64,000 nucleotides of DNA from Candidatus Hydrogenedentota bacterium (GTDB taxonomy: Bacteria; Hydrogenedentota; Hydrogenedentia; Hydrogenedentales; SLHB01): NCBI GenBank assembly GCA_045863335.1, contig BTVY01000011.1, positions 61,627 to 125,626 of the forward strand. The letters are read 5' to 3'. The position numbers were made by a program, and so were the translations under genes. Below the pieces are notes generated by a model that was not told the DNA's origin, did no database searches, and saw only the letters and a list, made by a program, of their open reading frames with translations. This document shows, piece after piece, positions 18,549 to 27,632 of this stretch; position 1 is the stretch's first letter, and every line of letters starts with the position of its first letter.

Positions 18549-19358
18549 ATGGACATTCGCGACCACAGATGCGAACCTACCTTGCGATGCAAACGTGGAA
18601 CGACCGGCTTCACGCTGATCGAACTCGTTTTCGTCGTCGGGCTTATCATCGTCGTGCTTGCGATTGCCATGCCCCGATTGTTGCCCGTCTTCGCCTTCAG
18701 TCAACTGGAGGGTGCCGCCCGCCATATCGCGAATTACGGACGTTCCACCGTCGCCTATTCCGCCTTCAGCCAGGAACCCGTCACGTTCCGGTTCGATTTC
18801 GAGACTGGCAAGTACGTGGTGCTTCGCTGGGTCGAGAAGGAAGACGAAAGTATCTTTGAAGGCTCCGACCTTGCCGTCCAGAACACGCAGTTTGAGTTGA
18901 ACGCGGAGACGGCCCTGCAGTTGGCCAATCAACAGGGGCTTTCGCCGGAAGATCGCGCGCTGCAAATGATCGAGTTCGAGCGGCAACTCGACCTGGCCTT
19001 CCGGAAGTCGCTGGAAGCCCGGGCAAAGAACGTACCCCGCGAAGGCATGCTCTCCGAAATCGATCCCCTCGCCGAGTTCGACTTCTCGCTGGACGAGGAG
19101 GAAGAAGAACTGCGCGAAGAGCTTCATACCTCGACCATCGAACCGACCGTGCTTCCTGAAGGCGTCACCATGCAGTCGATCCGCGTTGGCGTCGAGGAAT
19201 TTGTCGCTGGAGCGGTCGATGTCGAGATCACCCCGGTCGGGCTTACGGAGGAGGTTGTCTTCCTCCTGCAAGGGTCGGACGGCGACACCTATTCCGTTGC
19301 CTGGGACCCCATCACTGGCGGCGCGCACCTGTCCCACGGCGAGGTGCTGCCATTATGA
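18549..19358 (+). CDS. gspH: Minor pseudopilin H-like, with acidic insertion
   Basis: G|FTLIELV prepilin site; position directly after gspG. Confidence 0.8.
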   Translation: MDIRDHRCEPTLRCKRGTTGFTLIELVFVVGLIIVVLAIAMPRLLPVFAFSQLEGAARHIANYGRSTVAYSAFSQEPVTFRFDFETGKYVVLRWVEKEDESIFEGSDLAVQNTQFELNAETALQLANQQGLSPEDRALQMIEFERQLDLAFRKSLEARAKNVPREGMLSEIDPLAEFDFSLDEEEEELREELHTSTIEPTVLPEGVTMQSIRVGVEEFVAGAVDVEITPVGLTEEVVFLLQGSDGDTYSVAWDPITGGAHLSHGEVLPL

Positions 19359-19807
19359 AGCGTCTACGCAAAGGCGAGTCCGGTTTCACACTCATCGAAG
19401 TCATGATCGCCATGGCCGTACTTGGGTCCGCGCTCTTCGTGTTGCTGCAGGCCCACCACGGCGCGCTCAGCGTACATAACGAACTGCGCGACGAAGTGCT
19501 CATGAGGAACCTGATGGCGCTGGCGGTGGGCATCGCCGAGGTCGAGGTGGCCGGCGGCAATCTCACCGACTCCCAGGAGTTCGGCGACCGGTATCCGGAT
19601 TTCGACTACTCCTTTGACGCGCAACCCGTGGGCGAAGGCTATCCTGCGTTGTACGACGTGCTTGTGAAAGTCACCGGTCCCAACGTCGAGCGGGAGATTC
19701 ACACCTTCATGTTCACCCGTGATCCGCAGGCGTTCCTGGCCGCGGGACTGAATCCCGAGGCCATTGCCGCCGCGCAGCAGGGCGGCGGCGTCGAGGTCGA
19801 AGAATGA
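19355..19807 (+). CDS. gspI: Minor pseudopilin I
   Basis: G|FTLIEVMIAMAVL; 150 aa; ATGA overlaps with neighbours. Confidence 0.8.
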   Translation: MKRLRKGESGFTLIEVMIAMAVLGSALFVLLQAHHGALSVHNELRDEVLMRNLMALAVGIAEVEVAGGNLTDSQEFGDRYPDFDYSFDAQPVGEGYPALYDVLVKVTGPNVEREIHTFMFTRDPQAFLAAGLNPEAIAAAQQGGGVEVEE

Positions 19808-20778
19808 AGCGCGCAGGGTTCACCTTGATCGAAGTGCTTATCGCGATCTCCATTCTGTCGGTGATCGTGCTGGTCCTTTACGCAAGCTTCAGCAGCGTCA
19901 CCAACACCATGGAAGCCGCGCGCGTCAGTTCCGAAGAATTGCGCCTGCGCATGTTCCTGCAACGCAGCTTTCGCTCGAATCTCATGTCCATCTATACCGA
20001 CCGCACGATGGAGAACGAAGTCTTCCGGTTCGTGGGCGTCGATGATGAAACGCGGGATGGTCCCAACGACAATCTTCGTTTTGTGTCCGTGAATACGCTC
20101 ATGGGCGGCAAGGCCCTGCCAGGCGACCTCAAGGAGGTGCGGTACGGGACCATCGGCGGCGAGGAATCCGAGTTCAACCCCATCGACTTCAATGAGGATT
20201 CCGACTCGCCACTTGACGATCAGCTCAAGCTGCAAGCCTTGGAGACGCCCATTTTCGGGTCGAATGCCCAGGAACTCGATGAGGAAACCGGATTCCTCAA
20301 GCCGTCCGAAGAGAGCGAATCCAGCATGGGCATCGGGGAGACTCCGACCTATGAGGCCCCCTCGTGGTCGGTGCCGATTCGAACGGTAGATTTCTCCTAC
20401 TTCGACGGGCTCGAATGGGTAGACGAGTGGGATTCGCAACTCGTGGGACGGATCCCGTGGTGCGTTCGCGTGCGCATCAACTTCGCCCGCACCGAAGAGC
20501 AACTCGAAGAAGAAAAGCGCGAACGACTCGACATCCTGGAGTACCCGGACTTCGACATGGTCGTTCCGCTTCCGCCAGGGTTGGGCACGACACAGGACGC
20601 ACGATCCTTACAAGAACTCTCCGAGCTTTCCGACGAAGAGATTGGCGACATCAGAAACCCGGCCGAAGAGGAAGCGCAAAAACCCGATCAGGTAATTGGA
20701 TCCCCAGGTGGCGGGGCCGATTCCCAGCGCGGAGGCAGACGCGGGGGACGGAGTCTTGGTGGAGGCATCTCGCAATGA
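19804..20778 (+). CDS. gspJ: Minor pseudopilin J
   Basis: G|FTLIEVLIAISIL; FSYFDG.EW.DEW...P.CVRVRI C-terminal motif. Confidence 0.85.
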   Translation: MKRAGFTLIEVLIAISILSVIVLVLYASFSSVTNTMEAARVSSEELRLRMFLQRSFRSNLMSIYTDRTMENEVFRFVGVDDETRDGPNDNLRFVSVNTLMGGKALPGDLKEVRYGTIGGEESEFNPIDFNEDSDSPLDDQLKLQALETPIFGSNAQELDEETGFLKPSEESESSMGIGETPTYEAPSWSVPIRTVDFSYFDGLEWVDEWDSQLVGRIPWCVRVRINFARTEEQLEEEKRERLDILEYPDFDMVVPLPPGLGTTQDARSLQELSELSDEEIGDIRNPAEEEAQKPDQVIGSPGGGADSQRGGRRGGRSLGGGISQ

Positions 20779-21863
20779 GAAATCGCGGGCCGCACCACAA
20801 TCGAAAGCGTGATGAAGGCGTCGCTCTGCTGTTGACCTTGCTCTTCGTCGTCTTGTTGACCGCCCTCGTCGTCGAGTACGTGTACGAAACCCAAGTGGAG
20901 ACTGCGGTTGTAGACGCCCATCTCCGCGATTTTGAAGCCATGACCGCCGCCAAATCCGGTGTCATGGCAGGACTTTCGCTGGTGGTCGCGGATACCTTTG
21001 CGCTTCCCGGGCAAACTGTGGCCGACGGCGGCGCAGCATCCTTGTCCGGCGCTACGGGAGAGTCCATTTCCGGCGGCATCGCCTACGACAGTCTCGACGA
21101 GCCCTGGGCTTACGGGGTGCCTTTTCAGGCCTTCAACGATGCGGTCATGGAATGTTCCATATCCGACGAGTACGGCAAGCTGAACTTGAACGCGCTCTTC
21201 AACACACGATCCGAAACCGGCGACGCGGACCTGGCCCTAGAGCAGACCTTGCGGTACTTGTTTACCGAACGCGGCGCTGAAGAGGATGTCACCGACGCGA
21301 TACTCGACTGGCTGGATCCGGATGACGATCCAAGGCCGCTGGGTGCGGAGTACGATTACTACCAGTCCCTCGAGACGCCATATACTTGCAAGAACGGACC
21401 CATGACATCCGTCGAGGAACTGTTGCTGGTTCGGGGCATGACACCGGAACTGTATTTTGGCGATCCGGCGCTGGAACAGCTTCCGCTTCCCGAGCTGTTG
21501 ACCACCAACGGTCATACCTCCGGCCGGATCAACTTGAACACGGCGCAGTACGAATTGCTACTGGCCCTCGGCGAGGCCATCGGCATGCCGGGGCTCGCTG
21601 ATATCGCCATTCAGGAGCGGGAATTGAGCCCCTTCGTTAGCATCGAAGATATCGAAAGCCGGGGCGTAGTGCCGACAGAGGCCGAAAACGAGGAAGGTGA
21701 AACGGAACAGGTGCGCCCCTTCGTCGTGAACAGCAACGTCTTCCGCATTCGGGGCAACGGGCTCTCGGGCGATGGACGCGTGCGGATTGAAGTCCTGCTA
21801 TGGCGGGATGCACAGTTGGGTCCGGAAGGCTTCCGGATTCTTCAGTGGAGAGAGCTGCGATGA
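20775..21863 (+). CDS. gspK: Minor pseudopilin K
   Basis: G|VALLLTL (no Glu5); ISDEYGKLNLN, ILDWLDPDD, KNGP..SVEELLLVRG, RINLNTA; ATG overlaps the gspJ stop, GGAGG upstream. Confidence 0.9.
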   Translation: MRNRGPHHNRKRDEGVALLLTLLFVVLLTALVVEYVYETQVETAVVDAHLRDFEAMTAAKSGVMAGLSLVVADTFALPGQTVADGGAASLSGATGESISGGIAYDSLDEPWAYGVPFQAFNDAVMECSISDEYGKLNLNALFNTRSETGDADLALEQTLRYLFTERGAEEDVTDAILDWLDPDDDPRPLGAEYDYYQSLETPYTCKNGPMTSVEELLLVRGMTPELYFGDPALEQLPLPELLTTNGHTSGRINLNTAQYELLLALGEAIGMPGLADIAIQERELSPFVSIEDIESRGVVPTEAENEEGETEQVRPFVVNSNVFRIRGNGLSGDGRVRIEVLLWRDAQLGPEGFRILQWRELR

Positions 21864-23422
21864 AACTATCGGCAAAGATTGCCGCGATTGAATTGGATGG
21901 CGACGAGGTCCGGGTCGCGGTCGTGAAGACCGGCGGTCGGCACCCCGTGGTTTTGGAAGCGCAGGTCGCGCGGGTTCGTGACACCACGCCGGAGGTACGG
22001 CGCAACTCCTTCGTGCAAGCGATCGGCGAGGCGGTCGGACGCCTCAAGACGAAGCCTGCGTTGTATGTACTGTGCGTCGGCTGTCACCAAAGCATCGTTC
22101 GCGCGTTGACGATCCCCTTCAAGGGGAGCCGAAAAGTCGCGGCGGCGGTAGCCTTCGAGCTGGAACCCTTTCTGGCCGTTCCCATTGAGGACCTCGTCGT
22201 CGATCATTGCACCATTCGCGAAGTCGAAGGCGAAACAGAAGTCCTCGCCGTGGGCGTTCGGACGAGTTTGTTGGCGGAGCAGATTGACCTGCTCCAAGAG
22301 GCCGGCATCAACGTCGAGGGAATTACCCTGGATGTGGCGGGCCTGACCAGCCTCTGGATGGGGCGGCGTAAAAGTGTCGCCGGACTTCACGCGATCCTGC
22401 ACGTGCGCGCGAATACCGCGATTCTGACCATTACCTTCAATCGGTCGATCGCCTTCTTCCGCCCCTTGGCGATTCCCGTGTCCCGTATACGGGAAGAGCC
22501 TCAGGCGGTGGCTCGCGAGGTCCGGAACTCGCTTCGGGCGTTCTCCGCCAACTGGCGGGGCGACGAGACCATCTCCGAACTCACCGTAACGGGTATCGAC
22601 CTCGCGCCGGCCGAACGGGATGAATTTGAAGGCAGTCTTCAATGTGCCGTTCACTATGAGAGTCTTATTGACGATCTCAAGGGCACAGCCGCACTCACGG
22701 CTGTTCCCGTGGATACCGTTGTGCCGGAGGAAGGCGAACCCGGGCAAGTCTATCCGGAATCCCCGGCCGTCGCACCTGACGAGTGGGCGGCGGTCCTGGG
22801 CACCGCCTTCTCTTCCGGCGGCGGCGGGGTCAGTTTTGAATTGCGCAAGGGCATCCTGGCGCCACCGAACGCCATGAAGAACATGGTGTTGCACGGGGCC
22901 TTCTCCGCAGCGCTGCTGGGCCTCGCCGCGGTCGGATTCGCGACCTACTGCGTCCTCGATTACCGGAGCAATCAGGCCGAAATTGAACGTGCCGGCACGG
23001 AGATATGGCGCATTTACTCCGAGACGTTTCCGAACTCCGAGATCGTTCAGAGCGGACGGCTGCCCACCGACATCGGCGGGATTCAGAGCATTCAGGCTAT
23101 GCAGGATGCCTACGAAAAGGAGATGGCCACAGGCACGCGATTGCCTGTGGACCTGCTCACCCGTCCGAACTTTCTCGAGATTCTCAAGGAGGTCAGCACG
23201 ACCCTGCCCGGCGACACCGTCAAGGTAACCGACATTACGATCCGCGACAACCGGGGGCAAAGTCAGACGCTCACGATTGAGGGTGAAGTAGACGAAGTCG
23301 CCGCGCTGAACCAAGCCTTCGACGAATTGAAGCAATCGACTTTGATGCAGGTGAGTGAAGAGCCGATCCGACAGACCATTCCCGGCGGCAAGACTGCCTT
23401 TACGATTACTGCGACCATATAG
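21860..23422 (+). CDS. gspL: Type II secretion protein L
   Basis: Actin-like cytoplasmic domain (AAIELDG...VRALTIPF...FELEPFL), single TM, periplasmic domain; ATGA overlap with gspK. Confidence 0.8.
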   Translation: MKLSAKIAAIELDGDEVRVAVVKTGGRHPVVLEAQVARVRDTTPEVRRNSFVQAIGEAVGRLKTKPALYVLCVGCHQSIVRALTIPFKGSRKVAAAVAFELEPFLAVPIEDLVVDHCTIREVEGETEVLAVGVRTSLLAEQIDLLQEAGINVEGITLDVAGLTSLWMGRRKSVAGLHAILHVRANTAILTITFNRSIAFFRPLAIPVSRIREEPQAVAREVRNSLRAFSANWRGDETISELTVTGIDLAPAERDEFEGSLQCAVHYESLIDDLKGTAALTAVPVDTVVPEEGEPGQVYPESPAVAPDEWAAVLGTAFSSGGGGVSFELRKGILAPPNAMKNMVLHGAFSAALLGLAAVGFATYCVLDYRSNQAEIERAGTEIWRIYSETFPNSEIVQSGRLPTDIGGIQSIQAMQDAYEKEMATGTRLPVDLLTRPNFLEILKEVSTTLPGDTVKVTDITIRDNRGQSQTLTIEGEVDEVAALNQAFDELKQSTLMQVSEEPIRQTIPGGKTAFTITATI

Positions 23423-23454
23423 CGGCCCACTCGGCTTTTGGGAGGATAGAACTT

Positions 23455-23976
23455 GTGCCGAAATTGAACCTGCAACCCCGCGAACGCGCCGTCGTCATCC
23501 TTGGCGCAGTCGCGCTAGTGGCCATCGTTTTGTACTGGGGATTCCAAGGGCCCTATGACGCGTACAAGAACTCCGCCGCCCAAGTCAGTGCGGCGCGCAC
23601 CCGTCTACAGCAGGCTCAACTCTGGCAGGCGGAGATCGAAACCGCGCGTGCGCGGGAGAGCGAGATCCTGGGCCTGATGAATCGGCACGCTCAGGGATTC
23701 GACCTTTGGGCCCACATCGATCGTGCGGTGAAGGATACCGAACTAACCGGTCGCGCCGAAGTGCTCAGTAGCCGTACCGGTGCCGCCCCCGGTAGCAACC
23801 TGTCCGCCGTGGACCTCACGCTCAATGGCGTTTCCACGGGCGAACTGGTTTCCTTGCTCCATCGAATCTACGGTGGCGGCGCATTCGTGTCCATGGAACG
23901 CCTCGACGAACTCAAACCCGCAACCAGCGGACAAGGTCTCGACGCCCGAATGCGGCTGATTGCCCCCAAACTTTAG
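23455..23976 (+). CDS. gspM: Type II secretion protein M
   Basis: LQPRER motif before TM, coiled coil, VDLTLNGVS..ELVSLLHRI. Confidence 0.8.
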   Translation: MPKLNLQPRERAVVILGAVALVAIVLYWGFQGPYDAYKNSAAQVSAARTRLQQAQLWQAEIETARARESEILGLMNRHAQGFDLWAHIDRAVKDTELTGRAEVLSSRTGAAPGSNLSAVDLTLNGVSTGELVSLLHRIYGGGAFVSMERLDELKPATSGQGLDARMRLIAPKL

Positions 23977-24496
23977 TGCGGTATTCTCACACGCGCTTGC
24001 GAACGGCAAGGGTACCCGGTCCACAGCGTCGCCCAAGACTTCGTCTGTGCGATGTAAGTCGTTTATCTGAAGCGTCTTACGCGTAGATTCCTCTTCGGGC
24101 GCTGCCTTGAATTCTGCTCTTCATAGGCCTGAACGCATGGTGCCAAGCCCAGGTTTAAACTTGACTTTCTGGCCCATGTACGGGACAATGCATAAGCATG
24201 TGGCAACCGGATATCGGGGTGCATCTCCGGCGAAGTCGCGTGCGCTCTTGTGTGGGTGAGGATCGAGACCTGTCTCTGCCTTCGTGGCGTGACGATTGGG
24301 GAAACCATCGTTGCTTTGCAGAACTGCTGGCTGCACAGTTCATCACGACGTGAATGCACCCCCAACTTTGTCTTTTCGCCCTCCCATGCGTGCGCTGTGC
24401 ACAGCCGGTCAAACCGAACAGAATTCTCAAAAGGTAATTTATTGACAGTATCGAATCTAAGTGCAGCAAAATCAACATTATGTAGCACTATTTCCA

Positions 24497-24526
24497 TTGA
24501 CTTTTTCGAGGTTTCTCTGGTACATT
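24497..24526 (+). promoter_or_regulatory. Putative sigma70 promoter of the pilus operon
   Basis: TTGACT 24497-24502, 18 bp spacer, extended -10 TG-g-TACATT 24518-24526; a second TTGACA at 24442 in an AT-rich tract. Confidence 0.6.
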
Positions 24527-24555
24527 GTAGGTGCTGAAGACAAGGGTGAAGGACC

Positions 24556-26448
24556 GTGGCACAACTAACTACAAATATGGGTGGAAAGCCGGCGAACGCT
24601 GGCGGGTATAGCTTGTTCGGCCAGACTCTGGTGGAACGAGGCATCATTACCCAGAAACAGCTTGACGAGGCCATCCACAAACAGCAAACCTCATTGGGGA
24701 ATCGGCGTCTGGGCGAAATCCTCGTCCGGATGGGGTACATCAGCAAGAGCCACATCTCCGAAGGCCTCGCCGATCAGCTGGGCATCCCGATCATTCGCTT
24801 ATCCGATCGCGAGGTGCCGGAACGCATTCGCAACATGATCGAACCGTCGGTGGCGACCCTCTACAAGGTCGTGCCCATCGGTGAAGAAGGCCCCACCCTT
24901 CTCGTCGCAACGGCCGACCCAACCAACGTTACCCATCTCGACAACCTCGAACGCCTGCTGGATCGCCCCATCATTCCTCAATTGACCACGCCGGAAGAAA
25001 TCCGCGAGGCACTCGCGAAATATTACGGTATGACCGAAAAGACCGTCGAAAGCATGCTCTCGACGGTGAGCAGCGCAAGCACCATGAGCACGCTCAGCAC
25101 CATGTCCAACGTCAGCTCCATGGCGTCCTCCATGAGCAGCCTTGGCAGCAGCATGTCCGCGAGCGACATCAGTTTGAGCAGCATCAGCGTCGACAGCGTG
25201 GACATGGATTCGGATATCGGCGGCGGGTTGGGAGACGACGATGACGACGCGGACAGCCCGGTTGTCCGTTATATCAATCACTTGATTCTGGAAGCATTTC
25301 GACTGCGGGCCAGCGATATTCATGTGGAACCCGGCAAACGGGATGTGAAGGTGCGGTACCGCATTGACGGTATCCTCCATCTCATGCCGCCGCCGCCCAA
25401 GCGTGCGCAACCCTCCATCATTTCGCGCTTGAAGATCATGTCGGGGATGGACATCTCCGAACGCCGAATTCCGCAGGACGGCCGTATCAAGATCCAGCTT
25501 GCCGGTAAGATGGTCGACTTGCGCGTCAGCGCCTTACCGGCCACCCACGGCGAAAGCGTGGTCATGCGTATCTTGGACAAGAGCGGCTTGCTGCTCGGTC
25601 TGGGACAGTTGGGCTTCGCCGCGGAAGACCAGCGTCGTTGGGAAGAGCTGCTCGGCCAGGCGACGGGCGTCGTGTTGGTTACCGGACCTACCGGTTCCGG
25701 CAAGACGACGACGTTGTACGCGTCGTTGCACCAGTTGAACCAGCCGGACACCAAGCTGATTACCGTGGAAGACCCCGTTGAATACCAGTTGAACGGCATC
25801 AACCAGGTACAAATTCAGCATGATATCGGTTGGAACTTCTCTCGCGCCCTTCGCGCCATATTCCGTCAGGACCCGGACATCGTGATGGTCGGTGAGATTC
25901 GTGACGAGGAGACTGCGGAGATCGCCATCAAGGCGGCTCTGACCGGTCATCTTGTGTTCTCCACGCTCCACACCAACGACGCGCCCAGCGCGTTCATCCG
26001 GCTGATTGATATTGGAATTCGCCCATTTCTAGTGGCATCCGGCGTGCGCGCCATTTTGGCCCAGCGCTTGGTGCGCACCATTTGCTCGACGTGCAAGGAG
26101 ATCTATCAACCGTCCGACCTCGAGAAAGAACGGTTGGGATTGAAAGTGGACTGGAGCAAGGTCGAGGTCTTCCACGGCGCCGGTTGCGACAACTGCAACC
26201 ACACCGGCTATTCCGGGCGGTTGGGCGTCTACGAATTGATGATGACCACCGATGAGATCCGCAACGCCATCATGGAGAACACTTCCTCCGGTTCCCTGCG
26301 GCGCCTGGCCCGGATTGGGGGCATGACCACCATGCGCGAGGATGGTTGGAGAAAGGTCCTTAATGGTGTCACATCGGTGGAAGAGGTGATTCGCGTTACG
26401 CAAGCCGACGAGCCCCTCAGGAACGCCAAACAACCGGCAAGCGTATAA
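24556..26448 (+). CDS. pilB: PilB/GspE family extension ATPase 1, with MshEN-like domain and Ser/Met-rich linker
   Basis: RLGEILVRMGYI; ASDIHVEP; GPTGSGKTT; RQDPDIVMVGEIRD; CSTC/CDNC. Confidence 0.9.
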   Translation: MAQLTTNMGGKPANAGGYSLFGQTLVERGIITQKQLDEAIHKQQTSLGNRRLGEILVRMGYISKSHISEGLADQLGIPIIRLSDREVPERIRNMIEPSVATLYKVVPIGEEGPTLLVATADPTNVTHLDNLERLLDRPIIPQLTTPEEIREALAKYYGMTEKTVESMLSTVSSASTMSTLSTMSNVSSMASSMSSLGSSMSASDISLSSISVDSVDMDSDIGGGLGDDDDDADSPVVRYINHLILEAFRLRASDIHVEPGKRDVKVRYRIDGILHLMPPPPKRAQPSIISRLKIMSGMDISERRIPQDGRIKIQLAGKMVDLRVSALPATHGESVVMRILDKSGLLLGLGQLGFAAEDQRRWEELLGQATGVVLVTGPTGSGKTTTLYASLHQLNQPDTKLITVEDPVEYQLNGINQVQIQHDIGWNFSRALRAIFRQDPDIVMVGEIRDEETAEIAIKAALTGHLVFSTLHTNDAPSAFIRLIDIGIRPFLVASGVRAILAQRLVRTICSTCKEIYQPSDLEKERLGLKVDWSKVEVFHGAGCDNCNHTGYSGRLGVYELMMTTDEIRNAIMENTSSGSLRRLARIGGMTTMREDGWRKVLNGVTSVEEVIRVTQADEPLRNAKQPASV

Positions 26449-26490
26449 GGAGTTTCGGTTCGGGCCGGACAACCCAAGGAGAGAAGTTCG

Positions 26491-27615
26491 ATGGCGTATG
26501 AAATGGTCAGCTTGCTGCGGATGCTGATTGACCGGGATGGATCCGACTTGCATCTCGCTGTAGACAATCCACCGGTCGGCCGCGTGCATGGCCATTTGCA
26601 GTATTTTGGCGAGAACCCGCTGACCGCGGATGATACCGAGCGGCTGATGAAGAGCATCGCGTCGGTGGACAACCAGCAGGAGTTGCAGGAAGTCGGCGGT
26701 TCGGACTTCGGATTCGCCTTCGAGGACATCGCTCGTTTCCGTGTGTCCATCTTTAAGCAGAAAGGCTACGTGGGGCTCGTGCTGCGATTGATCCCGCGCA
26801 AGATCATGACCTTCGAGGAAATCGGGTTGCCCCAGAGCTTGAAGACCGTGATCAACCAGCCTCGCGGATTGATCCTGGTGACCGGCCCAACAGGTTCCGG
26901 AAAGAGCACCAGCCTCGCAACGATGATCGACTGGCTCAACACCGAGTACGACCACCATTTCATCACCATTGAAGACCCCATCGAGTATTACCACACCCAT
27001 AAGCGCGGTGTCGTTACCCAGCGTGAAGTGGGGGTGGACGTGCCCACGTTCTCCGAGGCCCTGCGCCGCGCGTTGCGTCAGGACCCGGACGTGATTTTGG
27101 TCGGGGAAATGCGCGACCTTGACACCATCGGTGCGGCCGTGACCGCAGCCGAAACGGGGCACTTGGTGTTCGGCACCCTGCACACGACCGGCGCTGTGCG
27201 TACGATCGACCGTCTTGTCGACGCGTTCCCGACAAATCAACAGGAACAGATTCGGACCCAGCTTGCGGGTAACCTCAAAGCCATCATTTCCCAGTCACTT
27301 GTCCCGCGCAAGAGCGGTTTTGGGCGCGTCGCCGCATTTGAAGTGATGATTACGACGCCGGCCATCCAGAACCTCATTCGTGAGAACAAGTCTTTCCGTA
27401 TCACGTCCGCCATCCAGACCGGACACAAGTACGGCATGAACTTGCTGGACGAACATCTCCTCGCGCTCTTTCGGAAGGGTATCATCAAGTACGAAGACGC
27501 GCTCGGCCGGGCACAGCAGCCCGAAGAATTTGAAGCGAACGCCCGGGCCATGGCGCCGGAAGGCGAAATCCCCGCGGCGAAACCCCAGCAACGCAAACAA
27601 GGCATTCAGGTATAG
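26491..27615 (+). CDS. pilT: Type IV pilus retraction ATPase
   Basis: GSDLHL, RFRVSIF, GPTGSGKST, TIEDPIEY, LRQDPDVILVGEMRD, AETGHLVFGTLHT, AIQNLIRE (AIRNLIRE helix). Confidence 0.95.
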   Translation: MAYEMVSLLRMLIDRDGSDLHLAVDNPPVGRVHGHLQYFGENPLTADDTERLMKSIASVDNQQELQEVGGSDFGFAFEDIARFRVSIFKQKGYVGLVLRLIPRKIMTFEEIGLPQSLKTVINQPRGLILVTGPTGSGKSTSLATMIDWLNTEYDHHFITIEDPIEYYHTHKRGVVTQREVGVDVPTFSEALRRALRQDPDVILVGEMRDLDTIGAAVTAAETGHLVFGTLHTTGAVRTIDRLVDAFPTNQQEQIRTQLAGNLKAIISQSLVPRKSGFGRVAAFEVMITTPAIQNLIRENKSFRITSAIQTGHKYGMNLLDEHLLALFRKGIIKYEDALGRAQQPEEFEANARAMAPEGEIPAAKPQQRKQGIQV

Positions 27616-27632
27616 CATAAGGTGCAAGGACC

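Noticed and set aside
24063-24755. ORFs in the gspM-pilB intergenic region
   Set aside because: Atypical composition, overlap with the promoter and pilB, no RBS or motifs; more likely regulatory DNA. No c-di-GMP riboswitch consensus was recognised
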